A stretch of DNA of 64,000 nucleotides from Raillietiella orientalis (lineage: Eukaryota): assembly GCA_036172245.1 (NCBI GenBank), contig JAYWIR010000005.1:2170001-2234000 (forward strand), in the 5' to 3' direction. Within the stretch, counting starts at the first letter, position 1, and each line of letters starts with the position of its first letter. This document shows, piece by piece, positions 24,101-36,525 of the stretch. Made by a program: the position numbers and the translations under genes. Under the pieces are notes generated by a model. That model saw nothing but the letters and a program-made list of their open reading frames with translations, made no database searches and was not told where the DNA came from.

Positions 24101-27100
24101 AGTGTTTCCTTTTTTGAACTCGGGCCTCGGGGTCGTTCTGCAGGTACGCCCTTTCTGCTTGGAAAGATAAACAACCTATATGGAGACATCACGTGCAGCG
24201 TTTCCCTCTCTGAGACTCTGAGGTCGAGATTTCCGTAAACACGGGGTGGGAAAAAGAGTCTTGGAGGTCCTTCGGTGGCTCGGTCTCGCACAGGCGCGTT
24301 CGGCCGCGCTGGACCTTTCCTCCGCAGACCTGCGCATGCGCCTTTGAGGGAGGGAGGACGCGCAGGAGGAATCGCTTTCCCGGGATACGCTCGTCTTTTC
24401 CCGCGTCCGCTCGAGGACGGAAGTTCCTCCCGAACCAGCGGACTGCGGAGAGCGAAAGCGGCTTTCACGTGGTCGGATTTCCTCACGCCAACCGCGGTAA
24501 CCGCGGAGATTTCAATCAGATGCTTGGAGATCACTCCCAAAATCTTTAATCGAACTCGAAGATCTGCAGCTCCCATTGTGAAATGCCGTTTTCCCCATTT
24601 TTTTTCTTTCTTTTTTTGGACTTCACTGAAATCTGGAACGCATGGGCTGGTGAAGGGTTGCCCCGAAGGAGGAGGAGCTTTGGAAACTGCCGACGGAAGT
24701 GGAGAGACAGCAACGAAAAGAACTGATGAAGAAAGGAACCTGTCGGGACGCTTCATTGCACACGATTCGGAGGGAAGCTGACATCATGGTCCAGAGCCCG
24801 AACGAAGGGACTCTTCACGCTCTCTTCCGCTCCTCGATTCCGGTCTTGTGGCCGAGCGGCTCGCACGACAAAACCTCAGACCGGAAGCAGACCGGACCTC
24901 AGACCGGAGATCCCCCGTTCCTGCTCGCTCCCCTTTTTCCTCGAGGACCTCAGCGACTCCGACGAACACCCGCGCGAGAACTCACTCAGCGATCAGAAAG
25001 TCAGAACACCGCGGGCAGCTGGTTGAGTGCCTTCAACGCCGGTGCTCCACGAAAAAAGCGGACAGTCCCGCCCCCATTTCTGCGAGCTCTCTTTTCCTGG
25101 AACGATGGACGTTTCTCAAGGAGATCCGAAACAAAAGTCTGCTGAAGGAATGTACTAATACTAGTGCACAGGAACGCCATAATTTGAATCCTTTGGTTCG
25201 CCAAGTGCCATGGGCGCCCGCGTTGGGGGCCCATGTGGCTGCGATTCTGATACTTGGATACTGCTCTAGGACACAGCTTGTGGAGTGAAGAGACTATCCA
25301 AAATCATACGAAGAGCAGACGTCCTTCAGATAGGTTCGCGGTTTGTCCATCCTGCGGCACAAATCACGGACGGTCCTCCGTGGTTTCGCCCCATACTTAC
25401 ACACTCTCGTGGTTTCTTTCACCTACACCATCACTCTGAGGCGAAATCACTGTATTGGGCTTGAGGCTTCTGCGTGCTGCGATCTTCAAAGTTTCAGGCG
25501 CACCTCCTTTCGCAAGTCTTTCGCGCCGCGGTCGGATAGCAAAGGGGAGGGAACGGCAAGGACGCTGACAGAGCTTCACCTACAAGTTCTGGATCTTTGG
25601 CGGTTACTTCTGAGGTGCTGAAGCTTCCACTGGTAACGCGCGGGAACGCATCTGGAGAAGGGAAGACGCGGGTCTCCCGGAAACAAGGACATGCGGGATT
25701 CTCCGATCCCGTTGGAAGCCAGCGATCCTCGCAGGAGACCCAGCATGCAAACCAGCTCTTCTGCTTCCGCTTTTCACGCGATCCCCGGGAGGTGTTTGTC
25801 GGGGAAGGGCCGGATCAGCTTTCATGCCGTTGGGCGGGAGTTCGGGAGTTCCAGTCCCGTGCCTCGATTCCTTCGCCCCTTTTCCTGCAGCTCTGCGGCT
25901 CTTTGCTGGAGGCTCTGAGGAACGAACCTAGATCGACCTTAAAACATTCCCTCGGGGGAAGACTTGCGAGTCCGCGGCCAGCTCCCCCTAGGAAGTATTC
26001 CCAGCTGCTGGGAATCCCGGCTGAAAGGCGGCTCCAGACATTCCGAAGACTTCCCAGGAGAACCAGTTCGTGGTGGCTTTTGTCCAGAAACCTTCTGACG
26101 AGGGTGCCGCTGCAGCTCGCTCTAGCAGTCACGCAACCCGTTCGTGTTGAACTCTGGGGGGCTACCGTGGTCATTCGCGGAGTGCCAGGCGGCGCTGCTT
26201 CACCTGGATGGTCCCACAAGCGAGAAGACGTGGCAGCAGTCAGGGGAGGGACACGACGAGCGAAAAGGAAAGAAAAATTCCAAGCGTCGGGGTGGTCGGA
26301 ATGTCCGATGGGGCTAAAACAAAGGAAGGAAGAGGCCTTCGAGGAGTGACAGAAAAGTGGCTGCCTCATGGAGACGTGGGAGAGGGGCAGCATCCTTGAT
26401 GCAGCCCGCTGAAGACTGCATCAAGGATGCTGCTTCCTCAGCCAGTTCACGTTCCAATAGACCACGCGGACGCGACGAGAGGATGCGAGCCCGTGCATTA
26501 ATGTTGCGGAGATGGGGCGCCCCGTCTGGCGAGGGATCAGCCGGGAGCACGGCAGAGTGGTGAGCAGAACCGCTCCCGTCCTCCGCAACGCCTCATGCGG
26601 CTGACTCTTCGGGTTCCTTCGGAACGATGGAGAGCACGCGAGACTAAACCGCAAGGAAGGGATGCCATCGAAGGAGCATCCCTGTTCGCAGAGTGGGATC
26701 TCAGGATGGAATACCCTGACGGCTTCACTGCCTGATGATTTCCTGATCTCTGGCGAAAAGGCTGAGTTTTTCCGAAGTCTCCAGGGGAACCCACAAGGTC
26801 GTCCTCACGGTGCTTGCAGACTGAGCGCCTACTAAAGAAGACGGACGTCATCGTGACTGCAAGAGTCCCCTGAAAAGATGGAACCGAATTTGCCCTTGGA
26901 GGAATAGGGCGCCGCAAAGATCAGCAGACCAGAGGCCACGACCTCCGAGGGCCTTTTCCCTTCAGAGTAACAAGGGGACTGCCAGGAGGCACGGCCAGCG
27001 CACCAAGGGTTGCCTTCACCACTCCAAATGCAAGACAAGGGGTAGGGGGAAGGAGAAGGGGGCACAAAGGCTTCCCCATTCCATCCTTGCGGCCGAGCGG

Positions 27101-30100
27101 GTCTATCGCTGGTATCCAAGTATGGATGGCTTCGAGGAAGAACCGGAGTCGACTCAGAGGTCTATCCGAACGAGGGTGAGCACCGCGCGCGCGGCTGCAC
27201 CTTTCATTCAACGATTCCTCCCTGGGGCGCCCACGGGCAGCCCACGGGCGCTCGCGTGCAAGGCGGAGCGGCTGCTGTGACAGGCTACCGCCAACCTCCG
27301 CTTCCGAGATGCCTCCCGCTCCTCTCTCAGAGGAGAGCGGCACCTCCTGAGAGACGCGGCGGCACGGGAGAGGTCCCGATGCCACTTCCCTCAGAAAGGA
27401 CCTCGCGGGACCCACACGAAGGAAAAAACCCATGGAGCGCCCTGTCGCCGCCGAGTGTGCGCACTGGGAATGAAGGGCTTTGAGTCGCGGGTTGCGCAAG
27501 GCGAGCGCGCGCGCATTTCCCCTCTCTCTTTCTCCTCGGAAGGAGTTGCCCAACGCGCTCATTCGGTTCTTCGGAAGCTGCCACCAACCCTCCCCCCTCC
27601 TTCCTCCCCTTGTTTCGCGCGCGGAAAACCCGGAACCACGTGACGCATGCGCGCCTTCCCGCGGAGAGAATGTGACGGCCGCACCCCAGCTCTGCCGGAT
27701 GGAAACCGTCGAGGGCGAAGAAGGAAGGGGCGTGGGAGGCACACGGGGTCGAACGATGACGCAATCCCTCGCGGCGACCAGAGCAGAAATCCTAGAACGG
27801 CACCGCTCGGTGATGGCGGCGGCTGCGGTCCATCGGATGTTTCCCTCCTTCCAGACTTTTTTTTTTTTTCTTTGCGGTTTGCTGAGTACTCAAATAATCG
27901 CACGCCCCCTTACGGGGGGGGGGGGCTGGAGAGGTTCTTTCAAGGAGCCGCTCACGCCACCCGGGGATGCATGGAACTCCTATAGTTGGAAGGCAGTCCT
28001 AGAGGGACCACCCCATGAATCCAGGAAGGCTCCGGAGGAAGGGGGTCCGTTCTTCTATTACGCTTAGGAGGGAATCCTTATGGGGACCCTCCATCCCGGT
28101 TGTCTTCGAAGGGAACCTCTTCCTCGTTTTCCCCGGAGGGACACCCCTGGGCAGAGTCCCTCTTCTTTTACTCCGGAAAAAAAACACAGGGGAACAGCTC
28201 CTAGTTTCCGCCTCCTCTGAAAAGGATCCCGAAGAGATGCTTCTCGATTTCTCTGACGGGTGCGCCTTCTCTGACATTCTGGAGGGCAGTCCCCGAGGGG
28301 AAGTGGCACTAACGATTTCTAAGGTGCTCGATGGAGGGCTTCATTTCACAACCGGGGGGGAACCCGAAGGGCTCCTTGATTCCTGGAAGGACCCCGAATG
28401 GTCATGACCCCTGGAGGCTTCCCTAAACCGCCCTGGTGGTCTTTCAAGGGGACTCCTTCCTTCTTTCCTACGGAGGAACTCTCCCAAAAAGGATCCTCTC
28501 CTCGTATTCTCCTCTAAAAAGAACCCCGGCGAAACGCTTCCCTATTTCACGACTGAGCGATCCGAGGACTTGCTGGAGACAGCGATCGTTTTCCTGAAGG
28601 GTTCTTATGCTTCCCGGTCCTCTGTCCTGCTCGCCACGCCGAGTTGTGCGCTCCGGAAAGTCTACGTCGAAGAACTCTCATAAGTGCTCCATTGCGATTT
28701 CCACAGGCCCCACTCGAGTTCCCGGGCCCTTCTCCATGATTACAGCAGCCAGAAGTCGTCTCAAAATGCGGTCTGACGTCGAATCGGACACGGGCGGTTG
28801 CATGGATGAGGAGGCATCAGCAAAGGAAACACGTAGGGTCCCACGACGTCGGGTCCACCGGAGGAGGCGAGGAGTCGCTGACGTCGCGCGCGCTCGCGCA
28901 GCTTTCATGGAGTGTGGTGCTTCCGCACAGTGGTCACGTCCAGCGTTGCGGGGGCTGGAAATGGAGGCAGAAATCAGGACGCAGAGAGGGTCACTGGAGC
29001 AACGATTTGCCCTCAGAGGAAGGAAAACTCCTCGCACTGTTGCCGGAGGCTGCTGGGGAAGCGATCGGGATCGCATGCGAACGTTGGAAGTCTCCCTGCA
29101 GCGTGGCTGTCGCCCCCGCGAGTGCAGAGAGGGCGCCTCAGGGACCACAGGAGCCGAGACCGGCTCAGGTCGGGTCAATTCATTTCCTGGGTTCATCTGC
29201 CCTTCCGGTTTCTGGAGGGGGGAAGGGGGGGCGAAGTCACCCAGAGACTAAGCACGGACGAGGTGAATCTGCCGCCCATCCCTCGAGCGCTCTGTGATAC
29301 TGGCGTTGAGTCACGAGGTGCTCCTCTTGCGTCTGCACTTCGGGGAATTTGAGTGTCGAGCCCCTGGATGTTCCACTCTGACCCTTGGCTCTTCCTCCGC
29401 CCATGGCTTCCCGATTCTGTGCCATCCGAGCCGTAAGTGACCGCCGTTCCAGTCTCAGTCAGTCTTCCCATCTTGAGCTAAATAGATGAGGGAAGGGGGG
29501 AGGAGATAATGTCAAGAGTCCTTTTTGAGCGGACAAGTCCCCCAAGGATTTTCCCCTTCGAGAGGACTGCTGTTCTCCGATAACGAAGGGACAGGGACGT
29601 AGGGAAACTGTCAAGGGAGACCACGGTAGTAGCAGCTCAGGAGGAGGAGGGAGATCGCCCTTTTCCTCCCTGGCTTCCTGTCATCGTCTCTGCTGTCCTC
29701 TTCTCCTCCCTTTTTTAATTCCAGCAGGGTCCTCCCTGCCTCCGGCCGAGCGAGAGTCCTAGGTCGTTTTCCTCTTTGCACGCGAATTCCCGAGAGACGG
29801 GACTCTCGCCTGGGGGTCAAGGACCGAAAGATATCCGAAGAGGGGATCACTCGATGACGCAGCCTTCATGGAGGACCTGCTTCGTCTAGAGAAGGCATGC
29901 TTGCGCTCATTCCGATGGTCCTGGAAGACGCTTCCTCGCGGCCTACGATCACCTGGACTCGTCAGAATACTCGCCTTCGGCGCAATTCCTTGCCATCGCT
30001 GCATCCGCTCCTGCTTACTGTAATCTCGGGTACAGGAAACGTCCGCTTAGAGTGTATGGGGCCGCTGAGCTCTTAGGCACCGACCACCACCACTACGATA

Positions 30101-32037
30101 AGACGAGATCCACCGCCGCTGAAGAGGGTAAAGCAGATCTTCGGGCTGCAAGCTTTGAACCTGAACGTGTTCTGGCTGAAGAAGCAAAGCACGTTGTTAG
30201 TCTGAACGGAATTATGGGAACCGAACTCCGGTGCTTCCGGAACAGAGAATCTGAAGAGGCGTTTCCGAAAGAGAATAGCCTCCAGGTCGATTCCTGGAGA
30301 TCGACTTCAAGTGGGGCAGAATAGGGGGAAAACTAAAGCGAAACAAATCGGTTAGGATCGAAGGGGCTCCCCGAACGGCTGCAGGTCATGCGAACTCTTA
30401 AGAGCAAACCCTCCCTCCCCTTCCCCCTCTCCTTTCGGCAAGGCGACCTTCCACATCGTTACCCGTTTGCCGGAATGAAGTCCCGTGCGCCAGTCTGTTC
30501 CATCCCGGGCATCTTTCCTGACCACAGGAGCTGTTTGTTTCCTTTGGGGAGCACTGGAACCGGAAGTGATCGAGGGAACTGATCCTCCCATTCGAGCCAC
30601 CCCCAAAGTTCACGGCAGCTGCGGACCAGATAGAAAGACTTTTCGGGAAAAGTTTGGTCGCAAGGAAAGTCACGCTTTCTTCTCCTCGGCTTGTGAAAAA
30701 GAATCCTTGTGCAAAAAAATCCTTCCGTTTTTTCTCGAGCTCGAAGTCCGAGAAAAAACGTAAGTCGAGGAGGAGGAGGATGAGGACTGATCGCTTCAGC
30801 GGCGGCTCTCCCACGACTTGATTGATATCAGGGGCTCCCTCGCTTCCCCATTTCCCCTCACGAGTCTTCGGGTGGAACGTGAGTCCAACGCGGGCTTTCG
30901 GAAACGAATTTGCCACCAGGTCCCGGGCTCTTCCCGACAAGAAACAGCACCCACGTGCCTTCGAATCACACGTTACGTTGATTTCCAATTGCGTAACGCT
31001 GACAGCCCTCGTGAACGGCCCATCATTACGCGGGCGCCCAAACGGAAACAAATGTGCGAAGCCGAATGTCGTGGGCATCGAGAGAGCTTCCCAACAACGT
31101 TCATAGAAAGCGCTGGGGGAGGGCTGGCAAAACGCTGCCTGCCTAACTCCCTTCGGCTGCTCCTCCCCAAGCGCTACCAGTCACCGAGCAAACAAGATGA
31201 ATGATGAACCTGGCGTGGGCTCGCCGCTTCCGCTCACTGCGTGCACGCAGAGACGGATCCAGTCGCAACCACACTCGAGCATTCCACGTTGCTCCCGCCT
31301 CAAGTCGATATTTCATGGACCCGCGTGCCACCCAAGGCTTCGCGCGACGGAGGCTGGGTGATATCCTTCTGGACCTGGTGACACGTAACGAAACAGAGAG
31401 TGGAGCACGAATCCGACTGTGGACTGCGTGCCAACCTTGGCTCAGTTCCGCCCGAGCTCCAAGTGGCATTTCGTGACGCTGCTCACGGCTCGAGATTGAG
31501 CAGTACCCTCGCTTTCCACAGGGAACCTCCGGGAAAATCCGGCTCCGCGAGCATCTCACTCATCTGAGTCCCAGAACGCTCGGGTGTAAGCGTGTCCTCA
31601 CCCCAAACAACTCTGAAAGTGCCCAATTTTTCGCAATCCTTTCGGTCACATCGGAGAGTGGTCGCCTTGGAAACGAATGACGAATTGAGAGAGAGAGAGC
31701 AGCAGAGCATTGTTCTTCTAGGTTCCTTGCGTCCTACAGAACCAGGAGCTCTGAGACATGCCGGAAGCCTCGAACCAAACCGCGCGCTGACTGCTTTTCG
31801 GTTCGCACGCTGGACTGTTTCGCCGCATCCGGGGAGGGACGGGAGGTGCCGCTTACACAGAGGTCCAATCCATGCCTCCCTTGATTCAGCTTCCCTTTCA
31901 GGCTGCTCACGGTGCACATACTTTGCCATCTCCTGAGCGTGATTCTCACCCGAGCGCTGCAGTCGTACTCCCGGCGTCCTGCAGCAGGATTCTCCACCTC
32001 TGAGATCATAATAAACCCAGATATTCTTTTATACTAG
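17998..32037 (+). CDS. Clarin-family tetraspan membrane protein, 5'-partial: join(<17998-18186,21148-21283,31902-32037)
   Basis: The spliced product reads IGIIRQDVGFAFYGMWISTIFFLTAALLFSIISALFALAYALHRPLRSFKSILGLYIWNCASGTLEVCAVLSWILQYQVKLKENALPQEDVNNLWSSKNEAHLGYGFWLLTVHILCHLLSVILTRALQSYSRRPAAGFSTSEIIINPDILLY*. It has three TM helices plus the P...GLYxWN loop, LGY(S/G)FW and C-terminal D-hydrophobic-Y motifs that I recall from clarins. Intron phases 1, 1, 2 are compatible. The exon for TM1 and the first extracellular loop was not found and probably lies upstream of the window. Confidence 0.8.
19670..19810 (-). repeat. Dispersed repeat family A, copy 3 (partial, inverted)
   Basis: TCCTTGATTCCTGGAAGGACC is shared exactly with 28374-28394. 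Confidence 0.7.
20700..20743. repeat. Perfect palindrome, 20-bp arms with a 4-nt loop
   Basis: CAAGCACTGTTACCAAGTAG-catc-CTACTTGGTAACAGTGCTTG. Confidence 0.9.
21148..21283 (+). CDS. Clarin-like exon (TM3 to LGYGFW)
   Basis: Perfect TACTAAC branch point at 21125-21131, acceptor tttgtttcag, donor TG|GTGATT. Confidence 0.85.
25650..26150 (-). mobile_element. Fossil LINE AP-endonuclease fragment
   Basis: LASLPP...DLGSFL...IEARDWNSR...TNTSRG resembles the YxPP...GDFNA...TNxxG motifs of APE domains. Confidence 0.33.
27985..28400 (-). repeat. Dispersed repeat family A, copy 4 (inverted)
   Basis: The reverse complement aligns over ~400 bp with copies 1, 2, 5 and 6. Confidence 0.75.
31902..32037 (+). 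CDS. Clarin-like terminal coding exon (TM4 and tail)
   Basis: Acceptor cttccctttcag; the first G completes Trp; LLTVHILCHLLSVIL...NPDILLY*; TAG at 32035-32037. Confidence 0.82.
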
Positions 32038-32189
32038 CGTTTTCAGAATCGTCAAGAGGATTTCCCCAGAGCATGACCTGCTGCGTGCGAAGGGTGAGAC
32101 GTGTGGATGCCAAGTTTACCCGGCGCGTCCTACAAGACCGTAAAGAGCTTGCCCGCGGGGCGTCTCCCTGAGTCACACAAGATTTCCGG

Positions 32190-32195
32190 AATAAA
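32190..32195 (+). promoter_or_regulatory. Candidate polyadenylation signal of the clarin-like gene
   Basis: AATAAA about 150 nt after the stop codon; position only. Confidence 0.3.
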
Positions 32196-35100
32196 GTACT
32201 GAGATTTGTAGGCACTTGCGTGTCGACGCCGCAAAGATGGACATTGCAGTACGGGTTTCTACGAGCCCAGCAGCAGCAGCAGTGTTCCTACTAGGCGCTC
32301 CAATCTCGGATGCCGAAGAGCGGTCTTCCAGGAGAGAACGGGAATTTCCAGTGCTTGGATTCTCGACTTCCATCTCGTGGAACCAAAGGGATTCTCCTTC
32401 CCATCTTTCCTTAGCTTCAAACGACGTCTTCGTTGCCCAGCCAATTTTCATCCCGCGAACGATTCCGGAAAGCACAGATGAAGACAGGGAGACGGACGCT
32501 GGCGTTTCAGTTTCATCTCCACGGAATCCTTTCCCGCTAACGGTGGGCATGGACAGTACGATGGTGCGAAGCGCGCTCAAGATAAGTGAGCAATAGGGGT
32601 GTTCTACTGCTACCCCGTGCACTGTACTTTCTCTTCTTGAGCGAACAAGGTCTTCCCGGTCCTCAGTCCGCTCCCATTTGATTTCGGGAAGGGATGTATC
32701 GAGTTCGAAGATCAGAGACTCATCTGAAAGATTCGCGTCAGCTCACTCGTCCGACGGTCTCTTCGGCAGTCTAACAATGGGTCTCTTTCACCGAGAGGAA
32801 CGCAGTGAGCAGGTGTCTTCCCGTATCTTTCAAAATTATTCCCTCCTCTTGCGTCTAGATGGGCAGCAGAGAAACCCCTGACTTTCCGGAGTAGTCACTG
32901 GATTCGAGAGCATCTTCCCACATGTCAGGGTTCCACACATCCTTTGGAGGTTCTTCAGCGTCCGCACACTTCCTCCTAGCGGGGTTCATCGAAGTAGGGA
33001 TGCAGGTCTGGAGAGGGCAGCAGCCCCATCGGGAGGAACGTTCCAGCCGAAGAAGTTCAGGCAGGAGTGGCCTCTGCAAGAAAGAAGAAATCCCAGGAAG
33101 AAACAATCCTTCCCAATTTCCTTTTGGAAGTCAGCAGATGAAGATGCTAGCCACACCGAACGCGCTCTTGTTCTGAGGGCACGCGGACGCTCGAACCGAC
33201 CACGCCAGGAAGCGCGACGCGGTCCGAACGAATTCGACAACGAGATGCGTTGCTGACGGCAACCCTCGAAAAAGGTGGACGCTGCAAAATCGCCAAACAC
33301 CAGATTTCACGGATTTCATCCAATGCAAAACGCTCCAAAGAACCTGAAGGATCTTGCAAGAGAGGCTGGAAGGAGTCCTTTTTTTTTTTCGGCAGGAACA
33401 ATACTTGGCATGCAGTCGGATAGGAGGTCACAAGGGTGTGGAAGAGCTATGGTGGCACAATGAGTGAACAAAGAGCCAGTGCCACTTGGCAACCAAAGAT
33501 GTAACCAAGGAAGCTGTCTCTGATTGGCTTATTTTACCCTAGCAGCACCGTTTCCAGTAGTCGCGCGAAGGTCACCACGTGAAAGGGCTTCCATCGATGC
33601 ACGGAGTCGCTCTGAGAAGGCCGGAGTGCCGAAGAGTCTAACAACGCTTCTTTGAACAACCGGAAGGCCTGCATGAAAGATGCGGGGTCACAAGCACGGC
33701 TGATGGACGCCGGCTTCGATTCCCCACGTCCAGGCGACCCCGTTGGAAACAGTCAAAGGTCGTCGAGAAAGACCGTCCTGAAGAGCCAAAAACGCCGGAG
33801 GGCGCACCTGCCTCCAGCTGACCTACGTCCTCCGAAAACAAGGCAACGGAGGTGATTCGTCTGACCGACTTTTCCTGGACTCTTCCTCTCCTCCTATTTT
33901 CCTTTCCTTCCAGGGCGCGCGCGGGGGCGGCGACGGGAATGCACCCTCGCCGAACATGCGGGAGTGCTCCCGCTTCAAAGTCTTCTGGGCGTGAAGACGA
34001 CTCGTTCCTCCGCCCTCCAGGTTCACTTCAGTGATCGATGGATCTCGGTCCCTGTTTCCCTAGCCTCCCCCTCTACCTCCTCCCTTTTGGAGGTCAGCGG
34101 GCCTTCCTGACGTTTGTTTGCGCAACGAGCGCGCACGAGCCGGAATCAAAACTTCGCGAACCGCAGGATGGCTCAATGCGTCCCGGGGCGGGGCCGCGCG
34201 TGGATCCGGAGTGGGAGAAACCAGGTCGAATCAACCGTCGGTTGACTTCCTGCATCCTCTGCAGCCACCTTCTTCCGGAGCTTCCCGAGGGAGAAAGCGC
34301 CGGCTTGTTTGCACGGGAGGTGGCGGGAGGGAGGGGAGGGAGATCAGAATAGGCGCGCGCTTCCTTTGGCAGGCATCCTAGGGAGGGAGGGAGCCGCCGC
34401 CGGTCAAGACGTGACGCGAGTGAGAAGGCGAAAAGCCGGAAGATTCTCTCTTCCCTCCCCCCCCGCCTCCTCCCCACACTTTCACTAGATCATCGAGAAG
34501 GAAGGAGGAGTTTGATCGAGCCCGTCGCCTTGTCAACAAGACGGGGTCTGTTTGCTGAGGGTGGTCGAGGAACTCCCTCCGCTCGCACGCACACCTTTCC
34601 ACACGCTCTCCGCGCGCGCACCGGCTCAGTCTTGGAAGGAGGCGGAAGCCTCTTGCCAACGCCGGGAGTGAGAAGGGGAGGCAGGGGGGAGAAGAAACCA
34701 GAAGGCAGGTTTGCGCCTCCATGGAGACGGATGGACTGGTCTTCCGCCCTTCCGCCGAAGCGAGGGTTCCTATTCAAGACGCCGAAGAGACAGCCGTCCT
34801 CCCTTCGAATCAGATTCTACTGGCTCCCTAGCAACCCCATAGACAAAGTCCCACGGGAATGGGGAAAAAGGTCGAATTCACCCCTTCTTTGAGGATGCCT
34901 TTCTAGGAGTCTCCAGGCGCTCTTCGTGGATAGGAATGAACCCGAAGAACACCGGGACCGACGGAAGGCGACTCCAAACGGGGAGCTTCAGAAATCACCG
35001 AGCATCCCTACTTCCCCCTCCCACCTTTTTTTTCCTTCTTCGGGGGAAAGAGGAAGAGCGGGATGAGCTCCATTCTTAAGATCCTTGTGGAATCAATCCA

Positions 35101-35689
35101 AGTGCGGGCTGCGCCTCCAGAAACAAGGGTGGATCCTCCGCGGAGGAATGGGACTTCGAGGGAGGAAGGAACGCCGGAGGGGCGGATGCGGTGACATAGC
35201 CGTCCCGCTGCCGGTGGAAGGAGCTTCCGCCCGTCCGGGAGCGTGAGAGGAGTGAGAGGTGCCTCTGCTGCCTGTCCACGACTTGCTGCAGGAGAGAGGA
35301 AGGGGGTGGATGACCACTGGGGAAGCAGCCCCTGTCGCCTCTTGCCCGGAACACCCCTGAGCTCCTCTTTGCGCTTCCAAGCATCTCCGCGGAGTGCCAG
35401 CAGCGCAAGGGAACATCGTCTCCGTCGATGGTGCAGTGCTGGAGCACTCATCTCTGCGGACTCCAGATCCGGTGCATCCTTCCCCGATCAGACATTTGTA
35501 GGTGCGCCTCGGATTCAGCGGCTCCATCTTTGGACCGTCGAATGGCTCCTACGTACCATCACACGTTACACATTATCACGCATTACACGTCATTATGGAT
35601 CACGCTTTGCACGCATCATTACACGTGAAGCGGGTGCTTGCAGTTGCCTTGGTGCCAGGAGGAGGCAGCAACAGAATGTCCCAGCAAGA

Positions 35690-35770
35690 CGCCCTCATTG
35701 GCGACCGCGTGGCCCCCTCGCGCGGAAGCACCCGGCGTCTCAGGTTCGAATCCCATTCGGAGATACCACC
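35690..35770 (+). mobile_element. tRNA-derived SINE head (degenerate)
   Basis: CGTCTCAGGTTCGAATCCC B-box region similar to the 60380-60400 copy; weak A-box upstream. Confidence 0.3.
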
Positions 35771-36059
35771 CGGATATGCCGGGACATTTATTCAAACTTC
35801 ATATAGTTATGACAATACATGGTACAAGGCCCCACTAATGACTAACATTTCGCCGGACCTGCAGGGATGCCGGGACGCAGACCAGCGTGACTCTCCTCGG
35901 CAGTGGAAGGGGATGGGGGAAAAAACAAGAAGAAAAATAAAACAATAAGACAAAAATTAAGAATTTGGAGGGCGGGGAAGGGATCCTTGACCACTGGGAG
36001 GAGGGTCCATGCTTTGTAGGATGTCCTCGAGGTTCTTCTTTAGTCCACCCAGCTGGGGC

Positions 36060-36525
36060 CATCCGTTGGGAGAAGGATCGACGAACGCCAAAAACAGGGG
36101 CTCTTCGTGAGTTTCCAGTCCCGTTCCGCAGAATGGCGCTGGTTGGTCTGCAGGTTTCGGTCGAGGCACTGCCAGAAACTTCCGGATGCCTCCGTTGACT
36201 GTCCGGGATTGGAAGTCGACCTTCCGAGTCCTTCCAGAAATCGAGAAGCCCTCTGGATTCCCCTCCGGTTGTGAAATGGGGAGCTGGACAGTGTCTCTTC
36301 AGAGTGTGGGAAGGGCGCTTCGGTGGGTGCCCCTCGGAGGAACAAACCAGGAGCGCATTCTTTCCGGGAGTCCCTCCGAAAAGAACAGGGAAGGGGTTTG
36401 CCTCGGAGTTTATCTTCGGAGGCAACCAGGGTGGAGTTCCCTCCCAAGAGGAAGAGAAACGGACTCTTTCATCATCTGGGACCTTCCTGGATTGATTAAG
36501 GTGGACCCCAAGAAACTGTTCCCTA
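36060..36525 (+). repeat. Dispersed repeat family A, copy 5
   Basis: See copy 1; contains TTCCCCTCCGGTTGTGAAATG, complementary to 28342-28360. Confidence 0.75.

Noticed and set aside
30726..30760. 12-bp-arm hairpin (and the GC hairpin at 25209-25235) as terminators or Helitron ends
   Set aside because: Eukaryotic context, one arm pair is largely an A/T run, and there is no properly spaced CTRR terminus.
35502..35948. Possible small multi-exon gene
   Set aside because: The ORF overlaps a tandem repeat and a B-box element, the implied introns are weak or very short, and no domain was recognised.
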